Virus record (IMG/VR): IMGVR_UViG_3300021959_007005
Reading direction: 5' to 3' (one strand)
DNA: 64,000 bases
Source: a virus
Taxonomy: Duplodnaviria > Caudoviricetes
Made by a program: the position numbers and the translations under genes. Shown here one piece after another: positions 9,673-17,029 of this stretch. Within the stretch, counting starts at the first letter, position 1, and each line of letters opens with the position of its first letter. The notes beneath the pieces were generated by a model, which made no database searches, was not told the DNA's origin, and was given only the letters and a program-made list of their open reading frames with translations.

Positions 9673-10705
9673 AACACACGCCAAGTTTACCATTGGCAAC
9701 ACTGTCTTTTTGCCAACTCTCAGTTATGCTTTCTAATATACCGCTGTTAAATACACTTTCTAATCCGTGTAATGTAGCATCGATAGCTAATTTGCCGCCT
9801 GCACGTTCGATATGTTCCCATATTTGTTCTACACGATAATCTTTGTGCCACCATTTGTACATGCGTCCAGCAGTCCAACAGCAAGGCATCAATAGTCCTT
9901 CTGCTGTAATAAAGATTTCTTTTTTATCTATGGCTTTGCAATTTATACTACACTTATTGTAATAGTCGCTCATACTTCCGTATGTTTTTTCAATCTCTTT
10001 TTGTTTTAACAATGCTAAATTTTGATTATCTAACTTTTGAGGTTTTTGTAGTAGTTGTGTTTCTTGGCCTTTGCGATTTTGTGCTTGATGTTTATCTTTG
10101 CCTTTGTTACTTGCTGTAAAGAATCTGCCGCTTTTCTTACGCTGAAACTTTTCACATCCCCATTTAGCTGCAAGTGCTTCTGCTTCATCAACTTGATGTT
10201 CGTTGTGTCCGAAAATGATAAAGTCCCAACGAGCTCTACCACCTGCTAAGATAAAAGCCTTCATATTGCGTTCTACATTATCCCATACAACTCCTTGGCG
10301 ATATAAATGATTAGTGTCACGCAAACCGTCCACCGAAAATATGACGGTACCCATCCTTCCAAAAACTTCAGCCAGCTGTCTCCACCATTCTTCATTTTTT
10401 GCCCCTGCATTAGTATTCATACTTAGCCACATTGTAGGGTTGTGTTTTCTGAAGTACCGAAATATCTCTAGTGTATCCCGAGCAATAATAGGATCGCCCA
10501 AGTTACCACACATGTACATTGTTTTTAATTGTGCAATAAACTCTGGAGGGAAGATACGTTCGCAGTCTGCTAAACTTAGTTCACTATTATCTATATGGCG
10601 ATTGTCTACTCCGCCATTTTCATTACGGTCGCACATAGGACATGCTGCTTGGCAACGTTGTGTAACTTCTAAATGAACTTGTTTTATATCTTCATAGTTA
10701 TACAT
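9623..10705 (-). CDS. Radical SAM protein with C-terminal Twitch module (type B)
   Basis: CQAACPMC; MCGNLGDP; MNTNAG; NCK..IFITAEGLLMPCCW..CSMKC. Confidence 0.92.
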   Translation of the reverse strand: MYNYEDIKQVHLEVTQRCQAACPMCDRNENGGVDNRHIDNSELSLADCERIFPPEFIAQLKTMYMCGNLGDPIIARDTLEIFRYFRKHNPTMWLSMNTNAGAKNEEWWRQLAEVFGRMGTVIFSVDGLRDTNHLYRQGVVWDNVERNMKAFILAGGRARWDFIIFGHNEHQVDEAEALAAKWGCEKFQRKKSGRFFTASNKGKDKHQAQNRKGQETQLLQKPQKLDNQNLALLKQKEIEKTYGSMSDYYNKCSINCKAIDKKEIFITAEGLLMPCCWTAGRMYKWWHKDYRVEQIWEHIERAGGKLAIDATLHGLESVFNSGILESITESWQKDSVANGKLGVCSMKCGSEFDPFAAQFE

Positions 10706-10922
10706 TGTATATTAGTTTTACATCCTTGCCAGGTCCAGTCTTGCTGGGCAAATCACCGTACTCTTCTATATACCATTCTATAACTGCACGATACCATTTT
10801 TGACTATCATGATGTGCTAGTTTATTAAATTTATAAATGTTATTGTTTGTGGCTTGCATAGTACTTAGTGCCCTGGCACTTTCCTGTTGCAACTGTCTTA
10901 ATTTTAAATTACTTATATCCAA
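10698..10922 (-). CDS. Small hypothetical protein (74 aa)
   Basis: Fills the gap between two co-oriented genes with overlaps at both ends; TTG start. Confidence 0.6.
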   Translation of the reverse strand: MDISNLKLRQLQQESARALSTMQATNNNIYKFNKLAHHDSQKWYRAVIEWYIEEYGDLPSKTGPGKDVKLIYNV

Positions 10923-11988
10923 TTCTCATAAACCTTTTGTACTTAGGCAATGCTAGTTTGCCACTATATAGTACCTGTGACATTGGTGCCTGTGATTTAA
11001 ATTCTTCTATATCATTTACGCAATTAACATGCTCCGCTACTTTAAAGAAATTGTTGCTTTGTAGTACTACTAGTTTACCATCTGGAATCTTAGCATACCA
11101 TTCAGCAAAGTCGGAGATATGTTCGCAACTTGTATTAATAATAGTATCTGGCGTATCTGTTATGGGTCGGCTCATCCTGTTGTTAGCATTACTCCAAGAT
11201 TGCCACTTGTGAGTGTCATAGTCAATATCCATTATATCTTGTGTAATACTTTTGAAGCGCCATGTCTCCATAAACCATGGCTTGTTAAATGTTTCAGCAA
11301 TGTCTATACAACTAGGATCAATGTCAAAAGATCTAACTTTATCTACTTTAATGTCGCTTTCAAATAACATTGTAGCAAGTGTAGCGTACCATCCTGCACA
11401 TAAAAATACAGTTCCTAGTTCTACATTACACTTTTTAAGTTCGTCGATTAACCATAGCTTACTTTGTAATTGCCCTCTGCTAAAACAATCATTGTCAATA
11501 TCTGTACTGTTTATAAAAAAACTTTTAAACGCACTAGTGAATTGTGTGTCCACATAACTACTGAGTATAGGCCACAGTTTATACACGTTTTCATCAATGA
11601 TTAATTTACGTAAATTGTCATTGCCAAGTAATTTAAAGATACTGCGTAAATTTTTATTAACTATTGCTGTACGATATAAGTGTATATTCTCGTCTTGTTC
11701 AGAAAACAATCTAAACAAACTATATAAATTGTTTTCAATAACAGCTCTTCTTAGATCGTCACTGTGTCCACTTACATCCCATTCACTAGCTATTCTAAAC
11801 ATACTATGAAGATTTTCGTCAACTACTGCTTTTCTTAGTTCTTCGTTTTCGTCACACAATCTAAATATACTGCTTAAATCTCGGTCAATAAACGCACGTC
11901 TTAGATCAGCTATCGCAGACACTTCTGGATAAAGTAATTCGTAACGGTCTAGCAGTTCGTTTAAAGGTAATTCCAATGTATTAGTCAA
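10909..11988 (-). CDS. Class I SAM-dependent methyltransferase-like protein with N-terminal helical repeats
   Basis: VFLCAGWYATLA (motif I-like), SFDIDP (motif II), IINTSCEH, VLQSNN; paralog of 19021..19674. Confidence 0.65.
   Translation of the reverse strand: MTNTLELPLNELLDRYELLYPEVSAIADLRRAFIDRDLSSIFRLCDENEELRKAVVDENLHSMFRIASEWDVSGHSDDLRRAVIENNLYSLFRLFSEQDENIHLYRTAIVNKNLRSIFKLLGNDNLRKLIIDENVYKLWPILSSYVDTQFTSAFKSFFINSTDIDNDCFSRGQLQSKLWLIDELKKCNVELGTVFLCAGWYATLATMLFESDIKVDKVRSFDIDPSCIDIAETFNKPWFMETWRFKSITQDIMDIDYDTHKWQSWSNANNRMSRPITDTPDTIINTSCEHISDFAEWYAKIPDGKLVVLQSNNFFKVAEHVNCVNDIEEFKSQAPMSQVLYSGKLALPKYKRFMRIGYK
11566..11907 (-). repeat. Five tandem 17-aa repeats (consensus xLRxAxxxxNLxSxFRL)
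   Basis: DLRRAFIDRDLSSIFRL / ELRKAVVDENLHSMFRI / DLRRAVIENNLYSLFRL / LYRTAIVNKNLRSIFKL / NLRKLIIDENVYKLWPI. Confidence 0.85.
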
Positions 11989-12718
11989 AAGCGCCAGCCT
12001 CCAGTGGAGTGTCCTCCACTGCGTCAGAAAATGTTTCTCTTAGCCAAGAAAAGTCATTAATTTTATTTAAACGTTTTAAATCATTACGGTAATATTCACC
12101 AAAGTCAGAACCTTGATTTGCTCCTAAGATACAATAATCACCAAACGGGCGATCTTTGCCTCTTGAACACCAAGTCTCTAATCTGTATGCATTGTCAACA
12201 CTATCGCCATTATCGATGATACTGCTAGATAGTTTCGCACATTCTCTAAACGCACTGCGCCATGCATCGAATGGCGATGTATTAAATGCCGTTACGTTGC
12301 TAATCTGAAACTTTGGCACAAACGTACACCCTAAACTAGTAGTCATATCTACTGTCCAACGATTAGCTAGTAACATTGCCTTACGTGGGAATAATTTAGC
12401 ACCACCATAACCATATATTAGATCATTGACTGGGTTACGTGAGCGCCAACAATATATACACTCGTTTTGTGGTCTAAACCCATATTCCACTTCTTCTCTA
12501 TTAGGTGTAAAATTAAAATTAAATCCTTCTTCAATTACTGCATCCGCATCCATTACATAAAAGTTACTAGTTTCAGCAATCCTAGCTGCTTCTTTATGTG
12601 CTGCAAATATACCTTTGACTCCCTGAACACGCTTTGCGTGGGGAGCATAGTATTTTAAAATTTCAAAGTTTTCATCAGCTTGTGGTTCATTATAGCTAAT
12701 TTGTATTACGTCTAGCAA
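11981..12718 (-). CDS. Putative GT-A glycosyltransferase
   Basis: ISYNEP, AAHK, DxD motif (MDAD), AWRSAFRE; AGGAGA Shine-Dalgarno 8 nt before TTG; paralog of 40752..41732. Confidence 0.65.
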   Translation of the reverse strand: MLDVIQISYNEPQADENFEILKYYAPHAKRVQGVKGIFAAHKEAARIAETSNFYVMDADAVIEEGFNFNFTPNREEVEYGFRPQNECIYCWRSRNPVNDLIYGYGGAKLFPRKAMLLANRWTVDMTTSLGCTFVPKFQISNVTAFNTSPFDAWRSAFRECAKLSSSIIDNGDSVDNAYRLETWCSRGKDRPFGDYCILGANQGSDFGEYYRNDLKRLNKINDFSWLRETFSDAVEDTPLEAGAFD

Positions 12719-12741
12719 AGGTTACTTCTCCTATACACTTC

Positions 12742-12770
12742 ATTATACAGTATGATAGTTTAGATGTCAA
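12742..12770 (-). promoter_or_regulatory. Consensus sigma70-type promoter
   Basis: TTGACA (12770-12765), 17 nt spacer, TATAAT (12747-12742), upstream of the glycosyltransferase. Confidence 0.85.
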
Positions 12771-12893
12771 TTATTCGTAAATGAACGGATCTTTTTTACG
12801 TAACTCTTCTAATCTCTTTTTTAGCTTTTTCTTTTTTTGATATCTATCCCAAGGATACATAAAAAAGTTTCTAATTTTATTAAGCATATTCAT
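12771..12893 (-). CDS. Small Lys-rich protein (40 aa), below the ORF-track cutoff
   Basis: MNMLNKIRNFFMYPWDRYQKKKKLKKRLEELRKKDPFIYE*; ATGA overlap with the carbamoyltransferase stop; fills the gap exactly. Confidence 0.7.
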   Translation of the reverse strand: MNMLNKIRNFFMYPWDRYQKKKKLKKRLEELRKKDPFIYE

Positions 12894-13867
12894 TCACTCC
12901 ATATAGTTTTTTTAACTCGTATTTTTGATTTAGTATGCGCTAGTACACACCCTAGAGCACTACTGGCATCACCAGGACTTGGCATAATCCAAGTATTATC
13001 AAAATATTTATTAGATGATTCTCGACAAGCACCATTCATTGCACAGCCACCCATAAGAACAATATTTTTACTACAAGTTAGTTTTAGACTACACAAGATT
13101 AACGAGTCAACTATCTCTGCAAATATACGCTGTGTTGCAGCGGCAATATCTGTTAAGTCTTGTACTGTATTTAATTCAGGTCGCCAATCTCTGCATCCCC
13201 TGTGACAATTCCTTTTAAAAAGTAATCGTGGGTCATTTATATCTGGCATTTTCATAATAAATTCTGTTTTAATTAATTCATAAAATCTATCACTGTTACC
13301 AACTTGTGCCATTTCAGATATTACATGTTCTTGTATTTGTGGTTTTAGACCTATTCGTTGTGTCATTGCACTATACCAAATACCTATACTGTGTGGATAG
13401 TTCTGTGAAAACTTACGAGTTAGTTCTCCGTCATTACCTTCCCAAATAGTAATTGTATTCCATTCACCAATACTGTCCATTACTAATACAGCCGCATTAT
13501 CAAAAGAACTAGTGTAATATCCTGCGGCTGCATGGCTTAAATGATGACTAACTGTAGTGCTTTTAGGGGCATCTTTCCATAGACTACGCATATATCTTGT
13601 AGGTGATTCTTTACTGAGTAGTGTGTATTGTCCTGCGTATAACTGACGTGTTTTTTTAAGCCAGGGCTGTTCATAAAAATAAACTTGACTGGGTTTACCC
13701 CATTGTAATGCATGTTGAATTAATGGTAAACATAATGTTTTATCATTAACAACATGCGTATACTGTTGTGTGCGTCTAGCCCATTTAAACTGGTCACCAA
13801 CAAACACTGCCAGACTTGCATCGTGGCTCATTCCAGTCCAACCCCAAGTTACTTTATTTTTTGCCAA
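12890..13867 (-). CDS. Carbamoyltransferase (NodU/CmcH/TobZ family), N-terminal Kae1-like domain only
   Basis: SHDASLA, HHLSHAAAGY, VMDSIGE, GGCAMN, PSPGDASSALG; ends at 325 aa without the C-terminal domain. Confidence 0.85.
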   Translation of the reverse strand: MAKNKVTWGWTGMSHDASLAVFVGDQFKWARRTQQYTHVVNDKTLCLPLIQHALQWGKPSQVYFYEQPWLKKTRQLYAGQYTLLSKESPTRYMRSLWKDAPKSTTVSHHLSHAAAGYYTSSFDNAAVLVMDSIGEWNTITIWEGNDGELTRKFSQNYPHSIGIWYSAMTQRIGLKPQIQEHVISEMAQVGNSDRFYELIKTEFIMKMPDINDPRLLFKRNCHRGCRDWRPELNTVQDLTDIAAATQRIFAEIVDSLILCSLKLTCSKNIVLMGGCAMNGACRESSNKYFDNTWIMPSPGDASSALGCVLAHTKSKIRVKKTIWSE

Positions 13868-14022
13868 TGTAATTCACCTTGTTGTGGTAGTTGACCTCTA
13901 TATTCAACTCCAGTCTCTTCATCTATTAATCGCCATTTGGTTGGACATTTAGTAACTACTTTGAGTTCTACTGCTATGTCAATGGCAGGTACTACGGTAC
14001 CATCTTGTAGTGTTCTATTCAA
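13849..14022 (-). CDS. Small hypothetical protein (~57 aa; ORF track extends it to 14058)
   Basis: TTG at 14022 follows a purine-rich Shine-Dalgarno-like run and overlaps both neighbours; KCPTKWRLIDEETG core. Confidence 0.55.
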   Translation of the reverse strand: MNRTLQDGTVVPAIDIAVELKVVTKCPTKWRLIDEETGVEYRGQLPQQGELHWQKIK

Positions 14023-14467
14023 GTTCGCCCTTCTCTCTCCAATATTGGTACCTTTCAACTGCTTGCATTAGTGTTTCGTGGGTATTGTCAAACCATTCTG
14101 ATATATGATAATGTACTTGCTCAGGAGGTTCAAACAAATCATTTGTATCTTCGTATCTGCCTCGAGAAATAGTATCCATCCACACTGTAAAGTCTGGATT
14201 AAAGTTTTTCCTTGCTTCTTCTGTAGGACAAATAAAATCACACACTGCAATCTTACCTGCCATAACTACGCCATCTGCTAGATGCTTCATGCGAACAGAC
14301 TGTCTAATACGACCAGACAAACTAAAGTCCCAATCATCATAACTCTTTCTAATTTCGTCTGCATTAATATGCACACCACCTACTAATTCTGCAAATGGTT
14401 TTGCCAGTGTAGATTTACCACTTCCTGGCAATCCAAATATTAATATTTTCATTGGTGTTATTTCCAT
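14015..14467 (-). CDS. Adenylylsulfate-kinase (CysC)-like P-loop kinase
   Basis: ILIFGLPGSGKSTLA Walker A; NADEIR; DFSLSGRIRQ; CDFICP; FEPP. Confidence 0.75.
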   Translation of the reverse strand: MEITPMKILIFGLPGSGKSTLAKPFAELVGGVHINADEIRKSYDDWDFSLSGRIRQSVRMKHLADGVVMAGKIAVCDFICPTEEARKNFNPDFTVWMDTISRGRYEDTNDLFEPPEQVHYHISEWFDNTHETLMQAVERYQYWREKGELE

Positions 14468-14481
14468 TAAGTGCTACTATA

Positions 14482-14495
14482 ATAAATATATTTAT
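14482..14495. promoter_or_regulatory. Perfect 14-bp palindrome ATAAATATATTTAT carrying a late-promoter motif on each strand
   Basis: Plus-strand ATAAATA (14482-14488) is 5 nt before ATG 14494; the minus-strand copy points to the kinase gene. Confidence 0.65.
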
Positions 14496-14847
14496 GATAC
14501 TTTATATTGACATTGACGGCACTATCTGCACCGAGAAAAAAGTAATGGGAAAGAGTGCCAAAGATTATGAGGGAGCTAACCCTCACATGGACAGAATTGC
14601 AGTAATTAACAAACTGTATGACGAAGGACATGAGATACACTACTGGACTGCCAGAGGCACCACTAGCGGTATTGACTGGACAGATCTTACTACAGAACAA
14701 CTTAATGGTTGGGGCTGCAAATATCACGAACTTCATGTAGGCAGCAAGCCACATTTTGATGCATATATTTGCGACAAAAGTTGGAATAGTGAACATTGGT
14801 TTACTCAAAATTTGTATGAACAAATACCTCCGCCGGAAAGTGACTAA
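14494..14847 (+). CDS. HAD-family phosphatase (capsule-biosynthesis/EcbF-like)
   Basis: MILYIDIDGTIC (DxD motif I), WTARG (motif II), KP..D.YICDK (motifs III/IV); start moved to 14494. Confidence 0.8.
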   Translation: MILYIDIDGTICTEKKVMGKSAKDYEGANPHMDRIAVINKLYDEGHEIHYWTARGTTSGIDWTDLTTEQLNGWGCKYHELHVGSKPHFDAYICDKSWNSEHWFTQNLYEQIPPPESD

Positions 14848-15289
14848 TTAATTTTTCAAATATGTAAATGAACCCTAGCTCATGATAGCTTTTCATGAGC
14901 ATGGGTAATTTACTTTCACTGTATTCAATACAAATATCAGTTGAACTACTGATACGGCCATTGGCATTAAATGTGATACTCATAGTTTTTGCATTAGTCT
15001 TCTGTGCAATATCTATGTAGGCAAAACTGCTGGCAGTATTTCCACTAGCTGTTACAAACACAACAAGATCTCTACTATCTAAATTGGGCACTTGTAAGTC
15101 TTCACTGTGGTACGCTCGTAATCCTTGTTGACTTAGCCGCTGCATAAACATCTTACATGCTAGTCCTACTCTACCTTTGGCAACAAACACAATGTTTCTT
15201 GCACGTTGTAGTTCAACTAGTATTGCTTGCTGTTTATCAGGATCATACAATTTAGTATAATCACACCATGCTTTGTCAAAATCACTCAT
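14801..15289 (-). CDS. SIS-domain sugar-phosphate isomerase (6-phospho-3-hexuloisomerase-like)
   Basis: IVFVAKGRVGLACKMFMQRL, DLVVFVTASGNT, MSIT, SYHE; ATG 15289 lies just after the HNH stop. Confidence 0.75.
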   Translation of the reverse strand: MSDFDKAWCDYTKLYDPDKQQAILVELQRARNIVFVAKGRVGLACKMFMQRLSQQGLRAYHSEDLQVPNLDSRDLVVFVTASGNTASSFAYIDIAQKTNAKTMSITFNANGRISSSTDICIEYSESKLPMLMKSYHELGFIYIFEKLISHFPAEVFVHTNFE

Positions 15290-15290
15290 A

Positions 15291-15737
15291 TCAGTGATTC
15301 TGATTAGCTGGTGTAATGTTATCACCATGCTCAATTGTTTTAATATTATGACAATTACTACACAGTGTAACTAAGTTTCCTGGATCATTATTTGCATGAT
15401 TACCATCAATATGATCAACTGTTAAGGAAGCACGTAATAAACTGTTATACATTTTAGGATCACTTTCTTTATATTTCTTAACACGTGGCAACTCCGACGG
15501 ATCAAACTGACATTCACTACATTTACTTTCACGAAGCTGACTGTATGCTTTTGCTGGTGTTGCTAAACCACCAAATGCACTAAAGTTTCGCTGACAAGGA
15601 TCACAATAGTCTTTCTCACCTGGCCCTTTCCACAGTGTTAAATGACTGTTACAACCAGGTGTTTTACACTTGCCGCGCAGTGCCGACTTCATTTCAACAG
15701 TCGACTTTCTTACACGTTCCGTAGCTTCACGTATCAT
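15291..15737 (-). CDS. HNH endonuclease
   Basis: VDHIDGNHANNDPGNLVTLCSNCH plus upstream Cys pairs (CKTPGC, CDPC, CSEC). Confidence 0.88.
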   Translation of the reverse strand: MIREATERVRKSTVEMKSALRGKCKTPGCNSHLTLWKGPGEKDYCDPCQRNFSAFGGLATPAKAYSQLRESKCSECQFDPSELPRVKKYKESDPKMYNSLLRASLTVDHIDGNHANNDPGNLVTLCSNCHNIKTIEHGDNITPANQNH

Positions 15738-16930
15738 TATTTTACATCCTCTTCAGTAAAGTTAAATGTCTCACTAAACACTGGCAGTTTTTTACTAAAT
15801 CCAGCTACCTTTAATGCTGTTGTAATCCAATAAGGTCCGACAATTGTTTGGTTACAACGATAAGTCTTACCCTCCATCATACGCCCTGCTGCCTTTTCAA
15901 TATTACAGTGATTCTGATATGCTTCTTGTACCTTGCGTCCTTTAATGGTTCCACTAGGTGCCCATGTGTTCTGTGTAATCTTACTCAGTATTTCAGACAT
16001 TTCATCAATATATGTATTTGTAATAGTGATTCCCTGATTCATACATTGCCGAAAAAATACACTAAGGTTATCAATCTCCATTGCTACAAACGGTTTGTTA
16101 GTATTGCTAACTGAATGATAATACATTACACGCTCAAACACTTCCACTGGAAAATTACGGTTCATAACTTCTGTCATACGTGACCAAGCACCGGCACGTT
16201 TCTCATCACCAAACTTTTCGCTAGTAGCAAAGTATGAGTATTGCTCAAAGTATTCTTGTAGTTTAACACATCGTATATTCCAAAAGTCTGTTAACCCATC
16301 ATGACGGAACCCTGCAACATACTGCTTATACAAATCAATTGCTTCAAGTTTTTTACTTGTACGTCCACTATTAAATTCTACAAACCGTCTGCGAATTGCT
16401 GCACGATCATCACCTGGATATTGATCCACTGGAACCATTGCTTGTGCGGGATCAATACCAAATCCATATACTGCAATAACCCAAAGAGCAATTCCAGTAT
16501 GTTGCCCATCCCATGCTACATGCCTATCAATCTTACCATCTGCTCGCTTTGTGTCTAAATAAGTGCGTATCCGATTAATAAAATCTGGATTAAATTCTGC
16601 AACAATATTAATTAAGTTTTCACGATCTGGCCAACGCTGCATAGTGTCATTAATATCAATTTCACTAGCTGGTACATATTGTATGCTGCCCATGCCTACT
16701 ACATCTTTAACCATGTCATGATATGATTCATACCCCATAGCTCCTACCATACCTTCAGCAAGCGCACGGAACATCATTTCTAAATCACTATCTTTAGCAT
16801 ACATTTCCTGTAGTCGTTCGCCAATAGTTACAAAATGATCTTCATCTGTATGATATGAACTATTAATAATGTCTGCATATGGACTTGTTTTAATAGTATT
16901 AGCTTTATTGGTTGTCATTAGTGTCATCAT
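15737..16930 (-). CDS. ParB/Srx-superfamily-like protein with QR and DGQH motifs
   Basis: IDINDTMQRWPD..FNPD..AWDGQHT; TAATG coupling to the HNH gene. Confidence 0.6.
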   Translation of the reverse strand: MMTLMTTNKANTIKTSPYADIINSSYHTDEDHFVTIGERLQEMYAKDSDLEMMFRALAEGMVGAMGYESYHDMVKDVVGMGSIQYVPASEIDINDTMQRWPDRENLINIVAEFNPDFINRIRTYLDTKRADGKIDRHVAWDGQHTGIALWVIAVYGFGIDPAQAMVPVDQYPGDDRAAIRRRFVEFNSGRTSKKLEAIDLYKQYVAGFRHDGLTDFWNIRCVKLQEYFEQYSYFATSEKFGDEKRAGAWSRMTEVMNRNFPVEVFERVMYYHSVSNTNKPFVAMEIDNLSVFFRQCMNQGITITNTYIDEMSEILSKITQNTWAPSGTIKGRKVQEAYQNHCNIEKAAGRMMEGKTYRCNQTIVGPYWITTALKVAGFSKKLPVFSETFNFTEEDVK

Positions 16931-16985
16931 TTATATTCTCTTCTGCTCCAATTAAAAAATTGTTGTTTAAAGTTTAGATGTCTTC

Positions 16986-17014
16986 GTTGTACAGTATTAT
17001 AACACATGAGTCAA
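16986..17014 (-). promoter_or_regulatory. Putative sigma70-type promoter for the DGQH-HNH pair
   Basis: TTGACT (17014-17009), 17 nt spacer, TACAAC; an extra TATAAT lies at 17001-16996 inside the spacer. Confidence 0.5.
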
Positions 17015-17029
17015 TATAAAAAGGCAAGA

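Noticed and set aside
12771-12893. Frameshifted C-terminal domain of the carbamoyltransferase
   Set aside because: Only ~170 nt separate the stop from the next large gene, too short for a YrdC-like domain, and they encode an unrelated peptide plus a promoter.
14015-14467. True APS kinase for sulfur assimilation
   Set aside because: It is only 150 aa and lacks the LDGD..R and RDPKGLY motifs of canonical CysC, with no ATP sulfurylase nearby; kept as CysC-like only.
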